NCBI GenBank assembly: GCA_965223425.1
Contig: OZ245003.1
Coordinates: forward strand, 2,450,871-2,514,870
From: Nitrosopumilus sp.
GTDB lineage: Archaea > Thermoproteota > Nitrososphaeria > Nitrososphaerales > Nitrosopumilaceae
DNA length: 64,000 bases
Reading direction: 5' to 3'
The stretch's first letter is position 1. Every line of letters begins with the position of its first letter. Shown piece by piece: positions 1 to 9,352 of this stretch. The notes under the pieces were generated by a model. That model searched no databases. It worked only from the letters and a program-made list of their open reading frames with translations, and was not told where the DNA came from. The position numbers and the translations under genes are program-made.

Positions 1-404
1 TCAGGATTTTTAGCATAGGCAATCGAGGATGTGATAAATGGTCCAGATTCCTTTTGAAAGTGGGTCACAATAGGCATGGAGAAGATATTTTTTGACTTGT
101 TTTCCATGAATTTGCCTGATGGGATAATTTTTGGCTTTTTAGCTTTTTTTATTGCTGAAATAATTTTTTGATGGATGCCATCCTCTGTTCCTCCAACTGC
201 AAGAGCAAATCTCTTTCTAGTTCCCACCAAATTAGCAACTAAACTAAAACTGCTTTCCTTGATATTTTCAAATAAAACAGCATGGGAGCCGTCAACTTTT
301 GCGGTAATTCCTGCAATTTCAAATTTTGTAGAAACTTTTGTTCTTATAATTTTAAGATCCTTACCCTTTTTTATTTGGGAAATATAGTTTCTTAGATCAC
401 TCAT
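1..404 (-). CDS. UbiD-family decarboxylase, 5' part (runs off the window)
   Basis: Hand translation from ATG at 404: MSDLRNYISQIKKGKDLKIIRTKVSTKFEIAGI...VLFENIKE...VANLVGTRKRFALA...PIVTHFQKESGPFITSSI, typical of the UbiD N-terminus; not in the ORF track. Confidence 0.8.
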   Translation of the reverse strand, partial: MSDLRNYISQIKKGKDLKIIRTKVSTKFEIAGITAKVDGSHAVLFENIKESSFSLVANLVGTRKRFALAVGGTEDGIHQKIISAIKKAKKPKIIPSGKFMENKSKNIFSMPIVTHFQKESGPFITSSIAYAKNP

Positions 405-738
405 TCTCAATCATCTCAATGATCTCAGACATTAAGGCTTTTGCAGTTTTTGGTTCCAATTCCTTTTGAATAAAAGCAGAAACCAAAGCAATCCCCCTCA
501 TCCTGGTACTAATCCGTTCAGACACAAGTTTAAGAAAAAGAGATTCGGTTTTTGATGGGATAACAGTAGTCGTAACCGGGGCAGGGCCAGTTGCTAAAGA
601 AGCAACAACAGAGCCAATCTTGTTAGATCCCTCCGTTACAGATACAAAATATCCATTTTCAAACTTTTGAATCTGTAAAGAAAAACCGCGACTCTCCAAA
701 TTTACCATTTTTTGGAAAAATCCATTTGGAGATGTCAA
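397..738 (-). CDS. Conserved thaumarchaeal protein, possibly proteasome assembly chaperone (PAC4-like)
   Basis: 113-aa ORF overlapping the ubiD start; family call from recall only. Confidence 0.5.
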   Translation of the reverse strand: MTSPNGFFQKMVNLESRGFSLQIQKFENGYFVSVTEGSNKIGSVVASLATGPAPVTTTVIPSKTESLFLKLVSERISTRMRGIALVSAFIQKELEPKTAKALMSEIIEMIENE

Positions 739-755
739 TAAGCTATGAACAAATC

Positions 756-1217
756 TTATGCTTTTATTGCTATTGATTCACTTTCTGTGGAGGTTTCGAT
801 GTTTGGATTTTTCTTACAATTCTTTTCGTGTTTGTCTGCATAAACAAACAATTTTTCACAATATTTGCAAGGAGTCTTTTCTTTAGCTGTTGCTTTGGAT
901 TTTGTTGTTTTTGCTTTTGCAATTCTAGATTTGGATTTTGTTTTTGCTTTTACAACACCAACTTCAATCTCTTCTGTTTGAACATCTACAACTGATTTAG
1001 CTTCAATAGAATCAGCCTCAACTCTAGCACGTAACTTTGCTTTGTATTTCAAATTACGTGGTTTTGTTCTTAACCTGTATCCACAACATGGACACCAAAG
1101 TCCCTCCCATTTGATGAATATTTCACAAATTTGGCATCGACGTTGTCCAGAGGCATATCTTCCGGTTCCAACAGGCTTTTGAGCCTTGTATCTAACACAA
1201 ATTCCTTTACAAGTCAT
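756..1217 (-). CDS. Cys-rich Zn-finger protein with basic tail
   Basis: CKGIC, CQIC, CPCC and CKYC..H...C motifs; Lys-rich linker. Confidence 0.7.
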   Translation of the reverse strand: MTCKGICVRYKAQKPVGTGRYASGQRRCQICEIFIKWEGLWCPCCGYRLRTKPRNLKYKAKLRARVEADSIEAKSVVDVQTEEIEVGVVKAKTKSKSRIAKAKTTKSKATAKEKTPCKYCEKLFVYADKHEKNCKKNPNIETSTESESIAIKA

Positions 1218-1577
1218 CTTGGTAGTTTGTTATAGAATTCACAACTATATAAGGTTAGATCGATAAGATCTATAAAAAAAATCAAAAAATATGAAAATAT
1301 TTTGAATAATTTTGCGATCGAACATATTAGTTTCAAAAAAAACGGACAAATCTTCAATAAATATGTATAGCTGATTTCCAGATCATATTTTTTGCAAAAA
1401 TGACATGTATCAATATAGGTGTTTAACAAAAAAGTTCATTTTTTTTTCAAAAAAGACAATAAAATGTAGGATACCCCCACCCCCACCCCCACTTTCATCA
1501 TTGTGCCAGTAAAGTGTAAGCAAAAAATGGCAAACTCACGTTATTTTCAAAATTTTACAAGGCAAATTTTTGGTTTG

Positions 1578-2219
1578 TTAACCTGTAATCGACAGAGGCA
1601 GAACAGAGTGTCTGTATCCATCTCGCTGTGAAATGTATTTTGCAGAAAGCATGTCTCGTTTTCCTCTTTGATTGAAATTTTTAATTTTCAGACTGGTTTT
1701 CCTTTCATCGACAAATTCTAATTCAAAAGAGGAACAAAATTTCAAATTAAGCATGGTTAGAATCTGTTTTGCAATTTTCATATTCCCATTACCAATTTTT
1801 ACGATTTTTCGTTTTGCCCGAAGACCTCCTAAAACTTGTATAATATGAAAAATTAATTTGTCAGCTGAGGAATAAAAGGAGCTTTCAATCTCTTTACCAT
1901 AATAAAAAACCGATAGCCCAATTCGTTGTCCTGGATCAATCCCTAAGATCAGATTATCTTCTTCAAAATCTAAATTGAGTTTTTGCATCATTATACCTCT
2001 AATTACAGTATGATGATGCTCAAAAATATCTTCATGCAGTAATGGTTTTTTACATTTTTTGGGGGATTCTTTCCTAGTAGTAAGAACAAGATGTCCAGAA
2101 TAATCTAGAATTTCTTCAGGAAGAATAGAATCAAATGATAATTTGAGGGCCTTGAGATAGGTTGAAAATCTATAGTACGGCTTACCATAAGTAGTCGCAA
2201 TTCCAATACGGGCATTCAG
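1578..2219 (-). CDS. RNase H-fold (RuvC/YqgF-like) domain protein, probable non-ATG start
   Basis: ILGIDPG..IG motif, VDE and D..SA motifs; frame stays open about 76 codons upstream of the track ATG, up to CTG at 2219. Confidence 0.6.
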   Translation of the reverse strand: MNARIGIATTYGKPYYRFSTYLKALKLSFDSILPEEILDYSGHLVLTTRKESPKKCKKPLLHEDIFEHHHTVIRGIMMQKLNLDFEEDNLILGIDPGQRIGLSVFYYGKEIESSFYSSADKLIFHIIQVLGGLRAKRKIVKIGNGNMKIAKQILTMLNLKFCSSFELEFVDERKTSLKIKNFNQRGKRDMLSAKYISQRDGYRHSVLPLSITG

Positions 2220-2261
2220 TAGGGGATCGATATTTGATAAAACAACATATGAGATTTAGAT

Positions 2262-2597
2262 TTATGCCTTCAAAACAGTTGACACGACGTGTTTCACTGC
2301 TTCATCAAAATTAGCATCAATTTTTGACTGTATTTCTGATAATTTAGCCTCACCGTCTTGGGAAATTTTTGCAGATTCTGCAGTTGCCTTTTCTTTTGAG
2401 GCAGTAATAATAGTTTCAGCCTCTTTTGTAGCCATTTCTCTGGTTTTTTCTAACAAGGCGTCAATTTCAGTTTGTGTCTTTACGGCAAGTTGTTTTTTCA
2501 TATCAGCAACTTTGCCATTTAGAGAATCCATATCACCTTCTAAACTGCTCAAAGACTTGATAATTCCGGTAACTTTAGATTCAGATACATTGCTCAT
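2262..2597 (-). CDS. Coiled-coil protein resembling A/V-type ATP synthase subunit H/G
   Basis: 111 aa, Ala/Glu/Lys-rich helix ending in NFDEAVKHVVSTVL. Confidence 0.5.
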   Translation of the reverse strand: MSNVSESKVTGIIKSLSSLEGDMDSLNGKVADMKKQLAVKTQTEIDALLEKTREMATKEAETIITASKEKATAESAKISQDGEAKLSEIQSKIDANFDEAVKHVVSTVLKA

Positions 2598-2668
2598 ATA
2601 CCCAAATTCGAATTTTCCATTAATTAAATCATTCAGTTTTTACGCAATTTTAGGCACAAAAATGGCAT

Positions 2669-3010
2669 TTATCCAGTAGTTAGAAGTAAAATTGCTCTTG
2701 CAAGATCGCCCTTGGCTTCCTCCAAGGCATTTTTAGCCTTTTCTTCATCAACTCCGGCTTGTTGACTGACTAGCTGAATATCCTCTTCTGAGAAAATTGG
2801 AACCTCCAACTCACTTTCCTCATAACTATCTGCAGTCACTGTAAAAATAGAATTATCTTTTGCTTTCATTTCAGTAACGGAGGGCTTGGAGATAATAATC
2901 TCTTTTTTGTCGGTCTTGATGATCACCTCTTGAACATTTGGAAGTTCATTCATGTCAAGGCCCATCTTGTCCATCATTCTTCGCATTTCGCGATTTCCTC
3001 CTCGCATCAT
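2669..3010 (-). CDS. nac: Nascent polypeptide-associated complex protein
   Basis: MRRMMDKMGLDM..L.NVQEVIIK NAC domain plus C-terminal UBA (EEDIQLVSQQAGV..GDLARAIL). Confidence 0.92.
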   Translation of the reverse strand: MMRGGNREMRRMMDKMGLDMNELPNVQEVIIKTDKKEIIISKPSVTEMKAKDNSIFTVTADSYEESELEVPIFSEEDIQLVSQQAGVDEEKAKNALEEAKGDLARAILLLTTG

Positions 3011-3480
3011 GATTCTATTTCCCCCTTGCGACTTTTTAAACTATCTCTAACCTTAATTGCCACGCCCCTATCAAAATCTGAGATCATCTCGCTGGATAAA
3101 ACTGCCTTGCCAACTGCAATTATTTTATCTTTGAACAATACTGGGGTGTCAGCAGAAATTCGTACTTTTTTTCCACACCATACGACGTGTTTACAAAATA
3201 CAGATCTGCCCTCCTTGACAAATGGAGCAGCATCTTTGTTTATCTCAACACAATTTTCACGGAATGTTTTACTCTTCAATAAAATTTGAGCAAAATAAGG
3301 ACTAATTGCCAAACCGCCATCAATTCTCAAAGTGCACAGCAACTTTCCTTTATGTGAAACAGTTCTTATTCTTCCTGTTTTTCGTGAAAAGGCCATCTCA
3401 ATGTCTTTGGGCAAATGTTTGGATACGCCATTTCCAAATAATGCATCAATTGAACACCGAAGCTTGAGAGTTTGGTCCAT
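3007..3480 (-). CDS. PUA-domain RNA-binding protein (archaeosine TGT C-terminal-like)
   Basis: SRKTGRIR, GRSVFCKHV, AVGKA, GVAIKVR motifs. Confidence 0.8.
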   Translation of the reverse strand: MDQTLKLRCSIDALFGNGVSKHLPKDIEMAFSRKTGRIRTVSHKGKLLCTLRIDGGLAISPYFAQILLKSKTFRENCVEINKDAAPFVKEGRSVFCKHVVWCGKKVRISADTPVLFKDKIIAVGKAVLSSEMISDFDRGVAIKVRDSLKSRKGEIES

Positions 3481-3571
3481 GTGTATAGGCGATCTTTTCT
3501 AAATATTAGTTCAATGCAAAACTATATCAGAAATGCTAAACTATATAGACTGAGATTTTCCTCTTTAGATT

Positions 3572-4618
3572 GTGGAAGAAACAGGTGAAACAAGAAAAAT
3601 CCAATTTACAGGAAAATCATCATACATAATTTCATTGCCAAAACAATGGATAACAGAATTGGGTCTAAAACAAGGAGACCAAATTAGAATGGTCAGAAAA
3701 GGATCATCGACATTAGAGCTTTATCCACCAAAATTTGAATCTCGTACACAAAAGAAAGAGGATGCAGTAATAGAGATTGAGATTGAAGAGGAAGCATCTT
3801 CAATTGTTAGAAAATTAATTTCTCTGTATTTTTTGGGATTCAAAACCATTTACGTTAAACCAAAAAATGGCAGACTAAGTCCAAGTCAAAGAAACACTGT
3901 GAAGGGTGCCGTTAAACGAATGCTGATGGGTTCTGAAATTATTTCTGACTCGAGTGGAGGAATCACAGTACAGGTTCTTGTCAATTTGCTAGAACTGTCA
4001 GTTGACGGGGCATTCAAAAGAATGATTCACCTGGCAAAATCAATGTCCAGTGATGCAATTTTATCAGTAAAAGAAAATAACCTAGATCTAGCTCAAGAGG
4101 TAATCAACACTGATGATGAAGTAGATAGATTTGGATTTTATATTATTCGTCAACTGAAAATAGCCATACAAAATGAGCACATGCTAAAAGAAATGGGTTT
4201 TAGAAACGCTAGGAACTGTTTAGGATACAGATTGGTTGTAAAAAATATAGAAAGAGCAGGAGATCATGCAGCGTTTATTGCAAAGGATCTTCTCGAGTTC
4301 AAAAAATCAGTCAAAAAAGAGATTTTAGAAAAATTGCAAGATATGAATGAATTTTGTTTGTCAGTGCTAGATGAATCATGTTTGGCATTATTCAAAGAAG
4401 ACTATGCACAGGCAGAAAAGACCATTAAAAAGACAAGTGAGATTTCCAAATATGAGAAGAAAGTCAGAGACGCCTCAAAATCACTAAAAGATGATGAGGA
4501 GATTTGGAGGGTCAGAAGAATGACTGAGAATATTCGAAGGGTGTCTGAATATGCCAGCGACATTGCAGAAATTGTCTTGAATATGAATATAGAAAAAGCA
4601 CTAAAAAAATCAGGATAA
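3572..4618 (+). CDS. AbrB/PhoU phosphate uptake regulator
   Basis: ETRKIQFTGKSSYIISLPKQW AbrB domain; DDEVDRF and IERAGDHA PhoU repeats. Confidence 0.88.
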   Translation: MEETGETRKIQFTGKSSYIISLPKQWITELGLKQGDQIRMVRKGSSTLELYPPKFESRTQKKEDAVIEIEIEEEASSIVRKLISLYFLGFKTIYVKPKNGRLSPSQRNTVKGAVKRMLMGSEIISDSSGGITVQVLVNLLELSVDGAFKRMIHLAKSMSSDAILSVKENNLDLAQEVINTDDEVDRFGFYIIRQLKIAIQNEHMLKEMGFRNARNCLGYRLVVKNIERAGDHAAFIAKDLLEFKKSVKKEILEKLQDMNEFCLSVLDESCLALFKEDYAQAEKTIKKTSEISKYEKKVRDASKSLKDDEEIWRVRRMTENIRRVSEYASDIAEIVLNMNIEKALKKSG

Positions 4619-4675
4619 TTTATCAAAAACAGGTAGAATCTTTAACTCGAATTATGCTGAGAATACTGAATAAAA

Positions 4676-5794
4676 ATGAATTCGGCAATTTTAATCACGT
4701 ATGATAAAGATGACGCAATTAATGAGGCAAAGGGGTTGTGCGACGCGGCAGGATACCAAGTGGTTCACATAATCAAACAAAAATTTCTAAAAAAACCAAA
4801 GTATGGAATTAGCGGTGGAATTTTAGAAAGACTAGAAGAGATATCAGAAAAACTCAGACCAGACGTGATCGTCTTTGATGAAATTTTAAAGCCAAGCCAA
4901 AACTACAATCTTGCATCTGTTTTACATAGAGAAATTTTAGACAGAGAGGCATTAATTCTTGAAATTTTTGAAAGCAGGGCATCAAGTGCAGAATCAAAAT
5001 TGCAAGTAAAATTAGCACAGTTAAGATATGAGATAGCAAGAGCAAAAGAAAAAGTTCGTCTTTCAAGTATGGGGGAACAGCCAGGATTTATGGGGATAGG
5101 AAAATTCGAGGTTGATGTGTATTATAATGACATCAAGCATAGAATGCAGACAATAAAATCCAAACTGGAAAAAGCTGGAAAACAAAGAGAACTTCACAGG
5201 CAGGGGAGAAAGAGAATGGGATTCAAAACAATCTCACTAGCAGGGTATACATCTGCAGGAAAGACCACATTATTTAATAAAATGACAGGGGAAACTCGAG
5301 CACAAAGTAAAGAACTGTTCACAACTCTTTCAACAACTACAAGGAGAGTTACAATTAATCAAGAACCATTCCTAATTTCAGATACAGTAGGCTTTATCAG
5401 CAAATTGCCTGCATACATGATAGATGCATTCAAGTCCACATTAGAAGAGTTAGGACATGCAGACATCATTATTGTTGTAATAGATATTAGTGACTCGTTG
5501 TTTGAATTAAAAAAGAAATTTGCCAGCTGCATGAGAACATTAAGCGAGTTAAGAGTTGAAAAAGACAGGATGGCATATGCATTAAACAAAGCAGATTTGT
5601 TAGAATTCGGAGAGCTAGAGCAGAAAATCAACATGCTGAATTTAGCTGAAAACAAAAAATGGATCTCAGTATCTGCAAAAACAGGCAAGAACATTAAGGA
5701 GCTTGAGGAGCTAATCAGAGATATCATGGAGAGTCATGATTCGTACAAATCCAGGAAGAGTTCTTTGGGGGTTGAGGAGACACTTGGCAATTGA
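4676..5794 (+). CDS. hflX: GTPase HflX
   Basis: [45 protein letters not shown] motifs. Confidence 0.93.
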   Translation: MNSAILITYDKDDAINEAKGLCDAAGYQVVHIIKQKFLKKPKYGISGGILERLEEISEKLRPDVIVFDEILKPSQNYNLASVLHREILDREALILEIFESRASSAESKLQVKLAQLRYEIARAKEKVRLSSMGEQPGFMGIGKFEVDVYYNDIKHRMQTIKSKLEKAGKQRELHRQGRKRMGFKTISLAGYTSAGKTTLFNKMTGETRAQSKELFTTLSTTTRRVTINQEPFLISDTVGFISKLPAYMIDAFKSTLEELGHADIIIVVIDISDSLFELKKKFASCMRTLSELRVEKDRMAYALNKADLLEFGELEQKINMLNLAENKKWISVSAKTGKNIKELEELIRDIMESHDSYKSRKSSLGVEETLGN

Positions 5795-6317
5795 AGTAGT
5801 CAGAATCGGGCAGCGCCTTGTAAGGGATGATAGGGTTACAACTCATGTAGCATTAGTTGCAAGGGCATTTGGAGCTGAAAAAATTTTCATGACTGAAGTA
5901 AATCCCGAAATCAAGGAGACTTTGGAGAAGATCAATGATGCCTGGGGAGGAAGTTTTGAAGTTGAGTTTATTGATAAATGGAAGTCCGTTGTAAAAAAGA
6001 AAAAAGAAGACAACTTTAGAGTTGTACATCTTTCAATGTATGGAGAAAAAATTAATGATGTGCAGGAAAAACTTGCAAGAGAAGAAAACTTGCTAGTTGT
6101 TGTGGGTGCTGAGAAAGTCCCAAGAGAAATTTATGAAATATCAGACTATAATGTGGGAGTGGGAAGTCAGCCACATTCGGAAGTTAGCGCATTGGCAATA
6201 CTATTAGACCGTATTCAAAATGGAAAACAGTTTGAGAATGAATTCCCAAATGCAAAAAAGAGGATCATACCCACAAAAACGGGTAAAAACGTCAAAGTAA
6301 AAGAAACAAGGGATTAA
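5784..6317 (+). CDS. trm56: tRNA (cytidine56-2'-O)-methyltransferase
   Basis: [34 protein letters not shown]; TTG start after GAGGAG. Confidence 0.92.
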   Translation: MAIEVVRIGQRLVRDDRVTTHVALVARAFGAEKIFMTEVNPEIKETLEKINDAWGGSFEVEFIDKWKSVVKKKKEDNFRVVHLSMYGEKINDVQEKLAREENLLVVVGAEKVPREIYEISDYNVGVGSQPHSEVSALAILLDRIQNGKQFENEFPNAKKRIIPTKTGKNVKVKETRD

Positions 6318-6343
6318 TAATAGAAAATTGGGAATGATTAGAG

Positions 6344-6859
6344 TTGGTAGACAAATACGAGGATCCTTTTGTTAGAATTGCCTCCATGATTGGAGGAGAT
6401 GAATATCTCAAAGTAGCAAGATCCCTGCTAAAAGCCGAAGATGCGACAGATGAAGAAATTGCAAGCTCTACAGGCCTTAGAATCAACATGGTAAGAAAAG
6501 TATTGTACGATCTGTTTGGAAAATCGCTCATTACTGGAATCAGAGTAAAAGATGAGAGAAAAGGCTGGTTTGTCTACAGATGGAGAACCAGGAGAGAAGA
6601 AGTCGAGCATTTTATTGAAAACCAAAAAAAGAAAATTTCAGAGAGGTTACAGCAAAGGCTGGATTATGAAAACGCCTCTGACTTTTATCATTGCGGTAAT
6701 GAAGATTGTCCAAGAGTGACCTTTGAAGAATCGCTTGAAGGCATGTTCAAGTGCCCATCATGCGGAAATGTTCTAAATCTAAAAAAGAATGACAAATCTA
6801 AAAAAGCATATTCAAAAAAGATTGATGAGATCAACAAGGACATGCAGCAAACATTCTGA
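6344..6859 (+). CDS. tfe: Transcription factor E (TFIIE alpha homolog)
   Basis: wHTH (TDEEIA..VRKVLYDL..GWFVYRW) plus Zn ribbon FKCPSCG. Confidence 0.92.
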   Translation: MVDKYEDPFVRIASMIGGDEYLKVARSLLKAEDATDEEIASSTGLRINMVRKVLYDLFGKSLITGIRVKDERKGWFVYRWRTRREEVEHFIENQKKKISERLQQRLDYENASDFYHCGNEDCPRVTFEESLEGMFKCPSCGNVLNLKKNDKSKKAYSKKIDEINKDMQQTF

Positions 6860-6974
6860 TCGCATAATAAAGCAATCAGAATTTCATAATAATTTCAAAC
6901 ATTATAGAACGTAAAATGCGTTCGTAAAGTGAAAAGATGGGTATTCCTTAAGTATTATTTACGCGTACTATATG

Positions 6975-7087
6975 TGACGAGGACACTTGATGACATCAGT
7001 CTGTTAAGTGAAGATCAATGAGATCTTAGGAACGCCTTGGGCTTTGAAGTACGTTCGGAGTTCATGATTCCTGTGAGGTCCTCGTCA
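6975..7087 (+). ncRNA. Candidate C/D-box-like small RNA
   Basis: Perfect 10-bp terminal inverted repeat TGACGAGGAC/GTCCTCGTCA; TGATGA just inside the 5' stem and GTGA just inside the 3' stem; AT-rich promoter-like sequence upstream. Confidence 0.4.
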
Positions 7088-7213
7088 ACTTCTTCTTCAT
7101 CATCATCACCTGAATCATCACATTCTTCCATCTCCACAGGTACAGGATTTTCATCTTAGGACAAATAATTAAAAGATGGAAATTAGTTAACGATTTTATG
7201 TTAACAAATTGGT

Positions 7214-7480
7214 TTAATGATTAGAAAGGCCTTTTGACTTTACAAAAGCCCAAATCTTTTTAGTCATTTCACTTGGTGCAATTGCTTTGCTTCCAAAGAC
7301 TTGCTCTACAGTTTCTTTGCGACCTGCAAAACTTATTGCGTAACCGCCAAATGCTGGTTTTTTAGATTTAGACTTGGACTTTATTTTTGTTGCAGCCTTC
7401 TTTTTTGTTGCAACTTTTCTTTTTGTTGCAGTTTTCTTTTTTGTAGTTTTTCTTTGTGTAGATTTCTTTTTTACTGCCAA
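7214..7480 (-). CDS. Lys-rich histone-H1-like protein with truncated SWIB/MDM2-like C-terminus
   Basis: KKKTATKRK repeats; SEMTKKIWAFVKSKGL SWIB-like motif. Confidence 0.7.
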   Translation of the reverse strand: MAVKKKSTQRKTTKKKTATKRKVATKKKAATKIKSKSKSKKPAFGGYAISFAGRKETVEQVFGSKAIAPSEMTKKIWAFVKSKGLSNH

Positions 7481-7515
7481 TTTCTTGTAATTTTATTTTA
7501 AATTAGGTATATAAC

Positions 7516-8172
7516 TTACACCTTAGCGTAATTCAAAACAAGGTGATTTTTGAGCCTCTTAACTGACTTGAGGTTCAGAGTGGGAGAATTTGAAATTTTT
7601 TCAAAACCCTTTCCGCCTGCAAAAGAAACAGCATCGTTTCCACCAATTAAAAATGGAGACAGTGTAACGATTAATTCATCAAAAATATTATGTTTAATAA
7701 ATTCCCAATTAACAGTTCCACCGCCTTCAACAAGAATTGTTTTAATTTTTTTATCTGAAAGTTTTTTTAATAATAGTTTAAGGTTGACAGATTCCTCACC
7801 GGCAATAATTATGTCTACAGGAAATTTGCGCAGTTTATCAAGATTTGATTTGCTAATTTTTTTGGATACAGCTATAATAGTTGGAGTTTTATGACTTGAT
7901 TGCAGGATTTTTGATTTTCCAGATATGCTACCATTAGAATCCAGAATTATTCTAGTCGGGTTTTTTCCTCTGGTATGTCGTACGGTTAGCAAAGGGTTGT
8001 CTCTTAAAACAGTATTTTTGCCAACAAGAATTGCGTCTACCTTGGATCTTAACTTGTGAAGTCTAGCTTTATCTTGTTTTGAAGACATTTTTGAATCATT
8101 TGTTCTAGTAGCAATCTTTCCATCAATTGACAGTGCTGCACTTAGAATTACATAAGGTCTAGATTTTGCCAT
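7516..8172 (-). CDS. arfC: 2,5-diamino-6-ribosylamino-4(3H)-pyrimidinone 5'-phosphate reductase
   Basis: RPYVILSAALSIDGKIA, DAILVG..TVLRDNP.L, ILVEGGG RibD_C motifs; within the riboflavin cluster. Confidence 0.88.
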   Translation of the reverse strand: MAKSRPYVILSAALSIDGKIATRTNDSKMSSKQDKARLHKLRSKVDAILVGKNTVLRDNPLLTVRHTRGKNPTRIILDSNGSISGKSKILQSSHKTPTIIAVSKKISKSNLDKLRKFPVDIIIAGEESVNLKLLLKKLSDKKIKTILVEGGGTVNWEFIKHNIFDELIVTLSPFLIGGNDAVSFAGGKGFEKISNSPTLNLKSVKRLKNHLVLNYAKV

Positions 8173-9352
8173 GAACTATTTTACCTCCAATCATTACTGC
8201 CTTGACTGCAGACTCTGTTGCCCTATGAACAATTGATGCATGTGGATTATGCATTGGTTCCAAATCCAATGCGTGCTTGTCAAGAAAAATACAATCGGCA
8301 GTTTTTCCAGTTTCAATGACTCCAATATTTTTTTGCAAAATTTTCCCCCCGTTCACTGTAGCCATTTTAAGAATTTCTTTAGGATCGACTCTTTTTTTAT
8401 GAATTCCCATGGTTGCTTTCCAAAGAAAATCCATTTCTCTGAACATATCTGGAGAATTTATCATAACGTTATCTGTGCCCAAGGCGACAGTACAGCCTGC
8501 CTTTTTCATTAGTTCTATATCCGGAATGCCCTCAGCTAGGGAGGAATTGGCTCTTGGACATATTACAATGCCTCGAGTTTTTTTTGCCGCCGCATGAAGA
8601 TCATGTTTTGAGGCATGGGTCATATGAACCAAAAAATGCGGTTTCAGGGATAATGCTCGAATTGCCTCAGATTTTCCTGTAATTTTCTTGGATTTAGAAA
8701 CACTTTGTTTAGTTTCAGAGGAGTGTATGGCCCGGAGTTTTGTTGTTTTTGAATAATAACTTAGAACAGACGGGCTGTTCTCATTTGCACCGCTAATGCC
8801 AATTCCGTCACAGTTTTTGATCAGCCTGTTGAGATCCTTAATTTTTTCTCTAGGATAGGGCAAGTTCTTTCTGATTTCAGCAGATTTTTGATAAAATTCC
8901 ATCCTGCCTAGAACAACTGCACGTAAAGGAATGTCAGACAATATTTTTTGGAGTAAGATAACGCCATCTAACCCACCTTCCCTAAAGTCTACAAATGTGG
9001 TGATCCCCTTCCGGACCATGGAGCGGCACGAATTTTTCATAAAAACTGATAAATTTTCTTGGGATGTATTTTTTAGAATTTTTGATTTGGTGCCAAATAC
9101 GGGATGAATTCTTTTGTCAGCAGAACTATTTAGTGTGACATCTTTTCCAATTGAGTCGCCTATGTGTGTGTGGGCATTGATGAATCCAGGAATTAATAGG
9201 AGGCCCTCGCAATCTACAGAGTCTTCTTCTTTGTTGTTTGAGGTAATTTTTGGTTGAATTTTTTTGAATGTATTGTTTTGAATTCTGATGTCAGTATTTG
9301 GAATAAAGTCTAATTCCGTGCCAGATAGTACGCTTGTGTTTTTTATTAACAT
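8159..9352 (-). CDS. Metal-dependent amidohydrolase
   Basis: PGFINAHTHIGD, HSSE, VHMTH, LGTDN, GKTAD motifs; overlaps both neighbours. Confidence 0.85.
   Translation of the reverse strand: MLIKNTSVLSGTELDFIPNTDIRIQNNTFKKIQPKITSNNKEEDSVDCEGLLLIPGFINAHTHIGDSIGKDVTLNSSADKRIHPVFGTKSKILKNTSQENLSVFMKNSCRSMVRKGITTFVDFREGGLDGVILLQKILSDIPLRAVVLGRMEFYQKSAEIRKNLPYPREKIKDLNRLIKNCDGIGISGANENSPSVLSYYSKTTKLRAIHSSETKQSVSKSKKITGKSEAIRALSLKPHFLVHMTHASKHDLHAAAKKTRGIVICPRANSSLAEGIPDIELMKKAGCTVALGTDNVMINSPDMFREMDFLWKATMGIHKKRVDPKEILKMATVNGGKILQKNIGVIETGKTADCIFLDKHALDLEPMHNPHASIVHRATESAVKAVMIGGKIVHGKI

Noticed and set aside
1578-2219. TnpB/Cas12-like nuclease
   Set aside because: The GIDPG motif is present, but the protein is short, lacks the Zn finger and sits among core genes
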